Notes under the pieces: generated by a model
Database searches by the model: none
Told to the model about the DNA's origin: nothing
What the model saw: the letters and a program-made list of their open reading frames with translations, nothing else
Position numbers and translations under genes: made by a program
In this document: piece after piece, positions 27,001 through 39,000 of the stretch
Layout of the letters: every line of letters starts with the position of its first letter
Numbering within the stretch: the stretch's first letter is position 1
NCBI GenBank assembly: GCA_050084985.1
Contig: JBITNC010000001.1
Location: 202,058,001-202,122,000, forward strand
Source of the DNA: Nageia nagi
Lineage: Eukaryota > Plantae > Pinophyta
Reading direction: 5' to 3'
Length of the DNA stretch: 64,000 nt

Positions 27001-30000
27001 AAAAGAACCCATCTAAAACCATGGGCACTGGGATCAGAGACTGAAATTGCTTAAGTTTGAGAAGCCATGAGTTGAGAAATCAAGAAGACAAGTGGCAGAC
27101 ATGCATCATGCCATGCACAGACCCTCCACGTATCTCCTATAAAAGAGGGCATCCCTAGTCCATTTTTGTTGGATGTCCTGTAGCCCAAACCTGCATGTCT
27201 GGCCCTTTTCTGCTACACCCTTTGAGGTATCCAGTTTGATACTTAGTCTTTTCTAAACATTCCCGGCCATTTTTGGTCCTTTTTAGCACATTTTTTTCAG
27301 AACTCTAAGATGACTTGCAAAATAAGACCGCCCCCATTAAAGGCCAAGAAAACTTAGGGGCAGCTTTTTGAAAGACATGTTACCAAAGATCAGATGACAA
27401 GGCTCTTGAGGGAGAGCCGGATAGAGTTCCAAGAAAGAGAAAGACCAGAGCTCCTTGAAGCCAAATTCAACGGGAGATACGTGTTCATTGGAGACACAGA
27501 CTGGGGAAATGTTGACCCCATCCAAACCATAGCCTCCATTGCTTCCATCAACAAGGAGGATCTATCAGATGAACTCATCCACTCATGTGGATTGTTCAAT
27601 GCCACCATGATGCCTTTTGCAGTTCCATTTCTTGACTTGTGCTATGAGGTAGCCAAAAGATGTAAATATGAAAAGAGAGTCCTCTTGGACACAGAGGGGA
27701 ATGTAATCATGGACTACTCCCACGAAGGAATTGAAGCAACCTTTGGCTGGAAAAGGTATGGGGATGATTATACATTGGCCAATTTAGAGGAGTTCCATGA
27801 TTCCCCTACCCGGCTTGGGGACTACATCAGAACATGGCTGTATGAAGATTATCTAAACATCATGAGCCAAAGGTTGATTAGTGCTTGTATGGAGGAATTC
27901 CTGTCTACAATGGCTAAGTTGATCACTTTGTTGTCCAAGGTCACTGGTCAGGAGAATAACTCCAAATATAGGAAGGAGTTCACTGGATTCATTGCAGTGA
28001 TCAAATTGGGGAGAGCTATCAGATGGAGCAGAGTAATCAGTGATGCCTTGCGCCATCAGTTGGCTTACATCGGCTCTTCTAGAAGATTTTACATGAACTC
28101 TTATTTTGTGTACCTGTTGTTGCATGGCAAGCTCAGATCCAAATAGATTGTGGATGAAAGATATTTGGGTTAGAAAGGCATTCCTATATGGTGGGTTTAC
28201 CTGAAGCGGTGGTATCACAAGTTCCAGCATTTCTATGAGAGGAATGATCGGTGGGAGTATTCCATCTATAAAGACATCAAATGGGAATCAGTGGTAAAGA
28301 GGATTTTTGATGCTGCCATTTAGGCCATCAGTGTACATGTTGATTTCTACTTGCAGTGTGCTGATCATACTTTTATCATAGTCTATGGCTCTGAAGAGCA
28401 ACCCCTGCTTCTACCTAGATATGTTAGCGATAGGTTCATTCTCATGGAATTTGCTAGATAGTTGTTGTTTTTGAAGGAACGAGTTTGGAGAAAGAAGGAT
28501 GCAACCATCAACTTGCCTATCTCAATCGCAAGTTATGTTTGCCAAACGTGGGTTGAGGCCAACAATATGAAGAAGGATTTACAACAGTATGTCTTCTTCA
28601 AGGAGATGGCAGGAAACTATGATCCCAGACATGTGATTGCTCATTTCTACAGCACCGTATTCTAGAAACCTTTCACTTATCAGCATAAATCTTTAGGGAA
28701 TGTGGAGAAGTATCGAAATGTGCAGAATGATGAGGAGATTACAAGGATAGATGCTCTTTTGAGTAGAAAGAAGACCCCCCTCCAGGCCGAAAGGCCTCCT
28801 CAAAGACCCCAAATTGTCAAAGCAAGATCTAAGGAGGTCCCACTAAGGATCAAGACGTTTCCTCCTTCTACCAGTGCTGCGCCTCCATAAGGCAGTGTTG
28901 GAATATTTTTCTTTACAATGGAGACTCTCTGAAAATCATGCGTAGAACTTACGAGATCCCAAGCAACATAGTCAGGAATGCATGACCAATTCCCCCATTT
29001 GAAAAGGACTTTATACCTCCAAGGTTCTTGTCGAAACACCCTACTCAGCGACCCAATGTTATGATGTTGTAGGTATGTCCGCCGAGTGTGTTTCTAGAAT
29101 AGGGATAGATAAAAGAAAGTGCGGTATCCATCTTTGAAATTAGCCTCAATGGAATTGAATGAGAGGTAGTAGTTTGTTAACCAACATTGTTTTATTTGAT
29201 GTATAGAGTTTATTCGGAATATCTGTATGTGGGCTTAACGATTGTATTTGGGTATGAAAGCATAAAGGCAATATAGTAAAAGGTGAAGGACAACACCTTG
29301 GAGAAGGAACGAATACTTGGTTGAATATGAGTTTGAGGTTCATTGACGGAAAAGTGTCTAAGAGTTGATCTCTTTCAAATTGGTTAAGGACTCTTCATCC
29401 AATTCATCCAACTTTGCAAACAAACAACTTCAACGTTCGAATTGTTTCAAAGAGGAGCGAGGAGGAACGCCAATTGTTGGTTCTCTATGAATAGGACCGA
29501 TGCAATTGAATTGAAAATGGAAGGTTTCAAAGTGAAAGGATCATGGTTTTGGATGAAGGACCTAACAAGATGTCATGAAAGTAGAAACTAACATAGAATA
29601 CCCAATCAACTTGTATGTTAAGGACCAAGCAACAAGCATAGGTAAGCTTCAACCACTTTTTAAAGTAATTCAAAGATAATTTCCCTAAAGCTCGAAAGCT
29701 TTCAAAGGAATAAAATGGAAGTGCACAAACCAACTATGAATGTCTTTAAGATTCAATCCATAACACCAATATGAAAAATATAAAACTCAAGTCTTTGCAT
29801 AACCACTTTGTATTAGATTTGAAAAAAGAGGTGCCAAGATTTACAATATGCTCTCAATTCTCAAAAGTTCTCTTTTCAAGAATGAAGTGCTTGCTTCAGA
29901 ATGAAGTCCTTACAATAATGAGACCCTTGGTCTCTTGCTTATAGAGTTTCAGAAACCCTAAAAGTGACTTTTGAAATCCTAAAAGTGAGTTTCAAAAATC

Positions 30001-33000
30001 CTTATCTCTAATTGCGAAATTAAAAGCTAATTGAAATTACAATTGGACTTAGTGGAAATCCACTAAGTTAGCCAAAATTTGGCTTACATATTAAAATTTG
30101 CCAAAATAGACCCCTTTCTATTCTGGCGGTGGTTGGAAGATGGCTTTTACATTTATCGCGATTTTAGCTTCAAAATCATCTCCCATGAACGCTTCTATGT
30201 TCTAGATGGCCTGGTGGATAGTCTGGAGGATTCCTTCATTTGGTAGCAGGTACTCCAGTATGGCCTCATTGGTTTTGACCATTTCCTTGCACCATGCGGC
30301 AAGTTTGATTCCTCCTTTCATCTGTCTTCCTATCTTCAGGTTGTGTGGATCCTCGGGACACAACTGTTTTTCAATGATGGTGTGGATTGCTGTCATCACC
30401 ATCATATACTCCTTGATACTGCCGTTTTCCTCAAACAAAGGTACTTGGAATTCGTATTCCCTTGCTTGCTCACTAGTAATGGCTTTGAGTTGATTCCTGG
30501 TGTATATGAAATCAGTGGATTTAACTTTGATGTAGAACAGATAATCAATACAGTTGAAACCAATCTATGCAGAAATCTAGCATGACCGGATGATGGGAAG
30601 CCCTTCTCCGTAGATCAAACATTGTGGGGTATCCATTCTTCCATTGATGATCAACTGGTCAAATATTTCCGCTTGAGAATGTGACCCCTCCTCAATATAG
30701 AAATTTATCATGTTTGAGTGGAGTGCTTTGATAGCCTCGATGAGGTCCTTGGTCCATTCTTTGGTCTTCGTTTTCTCCTTCGTCTTCTTGATTTCCATCA
30801 TCTACCCCTGAAGATGATGACAGTCCTGGGTCTTGATGTACCTTTCTGTGTTGATGTTGATGCAGTCCTTTGAGATGGTGGTGTTTGTGATGCTTGTTTC
30901 CGAAGAGCAGATTTTGGGTGACTGCTCCTGCTGCTTATTGTACAATCATATCAATCGAGGGATTGTCTTCATCAAGGATCTCTACCGAGTGATCAATGTC
31001 GACCCTATCAAAGGCAGTATCTCGGTTTACTTTCATGTTGGTATCGATGATTGCACGGAGATCCATCTCTTCATCGGACTTTGACGAGCTACTCGGTCCA
31101 TACTTGTCAGAACTGGATGATGATGTACTTGGGTTCAGATTCAAACCTTGTGGGAGATCTATCCTTTTGTGCAAGTGTTTGAATGGTTGAGAGATCAAGT
31201 TGCTCTTTTGAGGTCCAGGATTCCATTCTTCATACCCATGACAATTGTTTCAATGGTTTGTCCAGGGATACTATTGGTAGCATACCTGCTCGTTTTGTCC
31301 TTGAGCCATGGTTACTGAGGGTGATATTATGGGAATAACATACCCATGGCTTGGGGGCACGGTGATGTGTGCATTGGCTTTTAACCTAGTAGCTTCTTTG
31401 GCTTCCTTCTATTTTTGTTCTTTCTTTAGCTCTTTGTGAATCCGTTGAACTTGCAGGGCGTCCTGAATGTTCCTCTACCTCCCTATACTGCCAAGGGACT
31501 GGTGTGGATATGATGAGCTCCATGTTTTTTGGAAAATTGCATCAATCACTCCATCTAGATCATAGTGATCCGCAATTGCATTGGTTGGGAATTCATACAA
31601 CGCCAACTCTTGTTTGATCATGCCAATCTGATCCCAGGTGGTGCACTCATAATTCCCAATGATGACAGGTAATTGGTAGTTGGTCGCAGCTTTCTTTACC
31701 CATACCTTGTCATGCACGTTAAGCAAGTGTCTTGAGAATTTCATGAGAATGAGACGATCACTTGCGTAATGGGAGCTTGTGTGAAGCTTCTTTGGAGCCA
31801 TAGACTCTGAGGTATGTGAATTCTATGTCTTCCATGAAGAAGTCCACATGTCCCTTGATAGTGGTAGCAACTTCATTAGATATTTTGCATGCATTGCTTC
31901 TGCCCATGATCTCTTCATAAATCTTGCCTTCAAAACCGATAGTCATCATCTTCCAGTTGCCAATTTTACATTTATTATGAGCATAGAACCGTGGGTAATT
32001 TTTTCACATTGGATGTGTGGGGTAATACAAATATTTGGTATTGGATATAGAGGTTACTCTCTCCCTACCGTGAAGGAGTAGGTAAACCAGGTAGGACTTC
32101 ATGTAGAATTTTTTGCTCCTCTAGATGTTTTTTAGTTGCTGAGCTAAGGAATCACTAATCACTTTGCTCCACCTTATGCCTTTACCGCCACTGATTAAAT
32201 CTATAAACCCAATGAATTCTGATTGGAATTTCGTGTCATCTTTCTGTTCGATCACTCTGGAAAGCATTGATAAAAGTTTAGAGACTACTGGATAAAATTC
32301 TCCTCTGTTAGGGGAGGCCAAGGCTCTTTCCATGAGATGCTTACGGTCATCGTCCAACCAATCTCTGATCAAATCAGACGGTGGTTTCAGACTTTTGTAG
32401 TATCTCAGGGAGTCTTGTACACTGTATGATACGTCTTCGCTTGTCCAAGCGAATGCCCTTTCTATTCCTTTCTTAGCGAAGTCCATGATCACCTCATTAT
32501 TTTTATCGAGGAGTCTCTGCCTTCGGGTGTCACAATGCTTTCCTAACTCGTAGCACAGCTCGGGGAAGGGTGTGGCCAATTGCACCATAGAAGCTACGAC
32601 TAGCAAGAAGGTTTTCAGTGTATCCTTTACTAGTGTAGCTGGATCCAATGTTTGTATTTTCATTAGAGTCTTTATTGGATCTAGGGAGTTACAATCTGTG
32701 TCCCCAATTTTGCTCAACTGGTCAATGATCCTTGCAGCAGGCATCATGGGCTCTATTGTATGTTCGAGCGTGATGGGGCTATTCATTGTGAGCCTTATTT
32801 GCTTTTTGTCTTCGATATTTTGAGCGACTAACACCATCTCGTTCCTGTCTAAGAGAACAACACAGAGTTAGAAGAGTCCTAGTAGGCTTATGACACTTTT
32901 TGGGTAAACAAAGAGCGATTTTGAAAAATTTGGATTTTGGGTTTTACTTTAAGTGTGCCATCACCGAAAATGCCAAAATTTGCAAGGTTCAAGGCTTTTT

Positions 33001-36000
33001 GAGTGAGTTTGGGATCACACAAGGTAACTGGCCCAAGGGGAAATGCCTTGGCAAAAATTTGGGACTTTTGGAGAATTTTCAAATTTTAGCTCCAAAAGTT
33101 GACTTTTTCAACAGGAAAAAAGGGTGAAATTTGGCAAACTTGCCAAATGGTTTTGGAATTAAGTTTAAACACCTTAGATGGATGGGGAATGAGTGGGGAA
33201 GGTTTTTAAACTTTGAAACGGCCAAAACGGACTTAAAAAACACTTTTTGGAGCTTTTGAAATTTTTTTTGGATGTTTTTGAATATTTTTGAAGAAATGAG
33301 GATTTTGGGCACTCAAATCTTAGATCATATGTATTTTTTTTGCTGAAAATAAAAGTTGATCACAAGGATAAAGGGTATCCAAAAAGTGATCAAACTTAAA
33401 ATCTGAAAAAAAGGTTTTTCAATTGTTTGAGGGTTTTTCAAAATGGGGTTTTGGTGTGAAAATCTTCGAAAGCTTAAAAAATGGAGTTCATGTGGGATGG
33501 AGGATTTTTGGATCTTGGGAGTATAATGAAGTTTGGATGAATGGCAAAGATACTAAGTGTTCAAATCATGCTCCAAGGGTGAAAATGGGCTTTCTTCCTC
33601 ACTTCAACTCTCCAATTCTCAAAAATTATTGAGATGTACATCCCAGTTCCATTGACCATTTTTGGCCATCTGTGGACATTAATATACTTTCTTTCTTTCT
33701 CATATTTGTGTTGTCTTGGATATGTGCATATCTTCTGTATTTTTCTGAGTGAAACCTTATGATACTTGTTTAGTCCTATTTTCTTCAAAATATTCAATTG
33801 CATTGTGATATATATTATAAGCCTCTTGAAAATTAACATTAACATCGAAACCTAGTACTTACTACTTGAGAACTGCCAACAGAAAATAGTTTGGCGAACC
33901 TTTTTATTTCACAATATTTAGAAAATAAGAAAAAGAAAAACTTTATCATTCAAATTTTATGATGTATCTTTACCCATTGTAATGGTGTGTTCTCTGAGAT
34001 TATGATCTTTTTATCATATAGATGGTTCACACGGAGAGGTTGGAAAAGGACCAAGGAGGATATGATTTCACAGGTACATACTTCATAAGCATATGTATTT
34101 TCCTTGTATATCCTAAAAGTTCCAAAATGACACATTGTTTGAGTAGTTTTCTCTAAAACTGAGTGTCTTGATTAAATCGGTTTCTTTTTACAAAAACTGA
34201 ACCGTGTGACTTATCTGTACCTTCTTATATCAAAGACAAAAAACAAGTAGTAGCAGAAAACAAAAATAAACTATCAAATAATTACAAAAATAGACAGCTA
34301 ATCAGAAATATTTGCAGTTGTTGGATAACATAATGAATAAAACGTCAGACACAGCTTTTGAAAGAAGAAGGCTGAGACTATGATTTTCACAAGAAACCAT
34401 AGGAGAGTATGTTTCTTGAAAATATTATGAACAGATCAGTTATTGTCATTATTATGCATAGGAACAACAGGATCTCCCCACCTTATGGCAGGAAGGAACA
34501 AACAGTCTTACTTGCAGGCCGTGGATTCACAATAAACTCATAGGATTTCCATACACTTTGTCAGTAGATATGTTGCAAGCCTCTTCTGAAAATGTATTAT
34601 CCCCAAGATCCCTGCTCTCACTAGTCTGCATCAAACTGTCATTACTAAAGCCTGCAACTTAACAGCAAAATGACTTAATGTTTACATCCTCAGTTTCTTT
34701 CGTTTGAATCCTCTATAAGTAGACAGGATATCTATTCAATGATATTACACACAAGCCATCTCTATTTCCAAAGCATGCTTGCATTCATTTGAATCTTCGG
34801 CTTGAATAAAGTACCTTGTTTTGCTTAGTTGCAACTGATAGTCCAGCAAATAGTCTTATGTCTAAGATCCGCAAACATTCAAAAGTTGAAAATTCACATG
34901 AGTTGAAAATTTGTCAAATAAATTACTTTAGAAATTGTGTCATATGTATGTTTTTTTGGTTGTGTTTAAATAGTCTTACACATCCATTATCTGGTTTTAT
35001 TGACTCCAGAGAGATGGGAAGTACAATAGATGATTAAGTGAAGAAAGTGATACGTATCTTGTTGCCTTCAAATAGGGGTGTTTATCGAGCCAAATCTTGT
35101 GATGTTGCACAGGTAGTTTATATCAAGTACCTGAGCTGTAATTATATGAAAAATGAAGATGTACGTGAACATTAATGTCATTACCAAGGTGGATGACATT
35201 ATGACACAATCTGCTTATTCTGGAAGAAGATGCCATTGATTGCTAATCTGAGGACATACTACCTAGGAGGTGGAAGAGCCTTTGTCACATGCTTTTTGTG
35301 ATAGGAGGGTCATCTGCAAATTGTGAAACCTTCTGTTCAGTTGGTGGTAAAGAAATACGTAACAGAAATGTTGAGTCGTCAATTTTGCAGGTTAATGGTT
35401 GGTATAGTGATGATCCTCTATATAGAGATTTTTTGTGTTGGAAAATGCATTGTATATAAAATTCTGATAAAATTAAGATGGCTTATCAGAAGGAAGATCA
35501 CTAGTGAACTTCAAAAAAGATTGACCTATTAAGGTTGTGTTTTTTCGCTGAGAGCTCTCGGTTTATGCATATTCACTAATTCTCATTAGGATAATAAAAG
35601 AACTAAGAGTTCAGTGTTCATGCCAGTATTTAAACAAGGTTGTCCATAGATAACCAGAAGCATACGAGTATTGGTAAGTCATAGTGTAGCATAGAGAGCA
35701 TATCAACCTACTTACATAAATGTGAACCTGACTACCCATAAGCAGCATATGGAAGATAAAGTCCAGCAGTTTGGGTTATGTGCCAACAGATAATGATTAA
35801 TAATTTAATACTTTAGAAACCAAACTAACCGTGACAAACTTGTGCTTAACTGCCTTGTATGGTGCTTTGTAGATACCATTTTGCTGGTTGCATTTTAAGG
35901 GAATGTACTTTGCCCTTTAATTGATAAAATTTCTCTTGTATGCATACATAGGTCGTAATCTAAAGTAGGATTTTTCAACTGTATACATTCTTCAAGACTT

Positions 36001-39000
36001 ATTGACTTGTATAAATGGGGTAATGATTCCTCTGAAAACTATTGTCATGTATGATTCCAATTCATATCTTGCTTTATTACAAGCTTATGAACTTATGGAT
36101 ATCGCAGAAGTTAATGGCTTCCCTTGGAATAAAATTTGAGAGAAGAAAAGCACTTCCCAAACTAGAGATCTTTCTTTGGTTGGTGGTTCCGAATAGTGCC
36201 CTAATGGTGGATAATATAAGAAAAGAGGTTGGCAGCTGCCTAATAGGTGTTTTTAATGCTGAAGGGAAAAAGAAATAGTGGAGCATATCTTCTTAGAATG
36301 TCCATATTCACATAACCTGCTGCAGTCCATTATCAGGAGAATGGGAATCGCTTGGGTAATGCCTGCTAATATGATAGCATGGATAGAACAGTTGGAAAGG
36401 CCATTACTAAGTCCCAAACTCAATGGAATCTGGAACCTTTTATTTCGTTTGGTTATGTGTAGAAAGAAAGAAAGTATATTAATGTTGTAACGTCTCCTTT
36501 TAGGAGCCGCCCCTTTTAGGGGTACTTTTGTAGTTAGGAGTATTTATTTATTTGTTGCATGTGTACTTAGGCATCATTGTAACTTGGGATAGGAGACATA
36601 TGGGTCCCATGGACCAATTGTGAGCCCCAAATTGGGATGTCTCCCTCCTAAGTATAGATTAGGAGCATTTAAGTGTCATGATACGAATCCCAAGACATAA
36701 TGCATGATTAGAAGCTAGGCACATGATTTGGAGTGATCTCAAGGCACAATTCGGACGCCCAAGCATGATGTCTCCTTGAGGGTTGTGTGGACACCCAACC
36801 TTGAGGGATTCTTATATATTTGGCTAGCGTAGCATTATGGGGGCTTCTTGGGCATTGTTTGATATCTTCTATTTTCAGAGTGGCCATGCCATCTCTTGGG
36901 CCTCTCATTGGACAGAAACCCAACGTGAAGAAGAACATAGTGGAACGTTGCCCTCACTAAGCTATTGGCTAAGGACGAAAACCCTTAGACCATCCAAATT
37001 TGCAGCTAAATTTGGAGGTTGAAGGCCCTAGCAGTGTGACATCAGCTTCCAACAGTATTTCTAGAATGTTTGCCCCAGATCTGGTCCTTTGAGCCAGATG
37101 CCCTCTTCAGCCTATTTGGTTGTATCTTGATCATTTCATGCTTAATATCGAGACATTGGCATTTCTCTCTCATCTTGGCTTGTGTGTTGGATATTTTTGT
37201 GGTGTAATTGCTTGTTCTTGCTCATTTCCTAAATTATTGCTTGTTCATTAATTTTTTTGGGATAAGAATAACTTAGGGATGTTACAGTGGTATCAAAGCT
37301 TGATCCTGCCATCCTGTGAGGATGGAAGGAGGCAAGTCTTTTAGATCTCTAATTAGTATGGAGAAGATAGAGGCTACCATTGAGGTGATGCAAAAGTTAC
37401 TCAAGGAGTTGGGCCATCAAGATGTTTTGTAGGGAGGAGGAGAAAAGGGTTGTCGCTAGGCATGATTGGTCATCCATCACAACGCCCACCTCCACCACCA
37501 TGGCCACATGACCTATTGGATCAGATCTATGAGAGGAATTCAGAAGCCTTCAAGAGAGAGAGATCAACTTTACGGATTATTGGAAGATCCTGAGTAAGGA
37601 GATCCCTAAGCCACAAAACCACATGGAGAGATCAAAGGGTGGGACATTATTCCTAGATTTAGTGGTGAAGGCAAGCCTATGACTAGGGTTTGGGTGAACA
37701 AATTAAGGACCTTCTTTGTCCTTAATCAAATAACAAAAGAAGATTCCATCCAGATCGCTATCATGCTTTTGGAAGGAGTGGCGCATGAATGGTGGTGCCA
37801 TGAAGAGGATGTCCAGCATCACAATATCATTTGCACATTTGAGGAGCTTGATCGATGGATCTTGGATCACTTTGATCTAAGAGATGAGGACGAATACTTC
37901 ATGGACTTGTTAGCCATGAAGCAACAGGAAGAATTGGAGTCGTACATCTTGGAGTTTTAGTAGAGAGCTACCATGATCACCTACATTTACCAAAAGGAAT
38001 TGATGTCCTTATTTATAGAAGGGTTGAAGGAACCATTGAGGAGTCTCACTAGGGATTTCTCTCCACCCACACTCAACGAAGCCATCGAAAGAGCTTTGTT
38101 GTTGGGGAAAACTGCTAGAGTTGAAAATTTTGCACAAGGGGATGACAAGCAATCCCACTAACCAAATCAAAGTAAAATACGTGGCAATAAAATCAGGGAA
38201 GAGGGGGTTAGACGCGCAAATCCAAAGGGCACATGGTTGGATTAGAAAAAGAAGAGTGAGGAAAATTTCACTTAGGGGAAAACCAACGTTTGGAAGGATG
38301 GAAGTACTCCCACAATTGGTATTTGTGCACAAAATGGAGAAAATAGTCAAGAAAGGAGACATTGTATGGGGAGCAACTTTCGTCATGATCAAAGGCAAGC
38401 CAACGTCCATCATCAAAGAGGAGATCACCCCCTTGAAGACATCCAGGAGATTCTAGAAAGGCACCAAGACGTCTTTGGAGATATGCCTAACGGTTTGCCA
38501 CCAAAAAGAGGGTTTGAGCACATCATTCAGCTGGAGCTAGAGTCAAAACCAGTCATGATCACGCCGTACAGGCATCCACACATCTACAAGGATGTGATTG
38601 AGTGGACCATCAAAGAGTTGCTCGATATGGGATTCATACGACCTAGTTCCAACCCTTTTGCCTATTCGATTGTCTTGGTAAAAAAGGATTGAACCATGAG
38701 AATGTGCATTGATTATTGGGTGCTCAACAAGAAAACAATCAAGAACAGATACCATATTCCACAGGTGGATGATCTCATTGATGAGCTCCATGGAGCCACA
38801 TACTTCTCCAAGATAGATATGTGGTTCGGGTATCATTAGATCCACATGAGAGAGGAGGATAGCCACAAGCCAACTTTTAGATGTCATTTTGGGCACTTTA
38901 AGTTCTTGGTTATGCCATTTGGATTAACCAATGTGTCGACTACCTTTCAATTTGCCATGAATCAAGTTCGAGAAGTATGTGCTGGTATTTTTTGATGACA

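Larger units (their letters stand above)
25399..28895 (+). mobile_element. TGTTG/AACA-family LTR-like unit, copy 2 (3'-truncated), carrying a large ORF
   Basis: It starts TGTTGTGCCTACACAAC, followed by a tandem array, a TATA at ~27138, a putative 74-nt leader intron (27227-27300) and an ATG at 27310. It is cut by the element ending at 28896. Confidence 0.75.

Noticed and set aside
27310-28895. Reading the large ORF as an env gene or a host gene
   Set aside because: No signal peptide or clear transmembrane segment was seen. It is multicopy, lacks coding introns and lies in LTR-like context.
30108-30124. Purine run AGAATAGAAAGGGG (minus strand) after the copy-3 stop as a possible PPT
   Set aside because: It is not followed by a family TGTTG start, and copy 1 has only a weak GTAGGGA-TG equivalent (~7080, ~7145). 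It remains a caveat to the gene-in-LTR model.
34512-34651. Minus-strand exon-like segment (ttgcag...gtaaga) reading [25 protein letters not shown]...
   Set aside because: It has an in-frame stop, no recognisable homology and no convincing partner exons.
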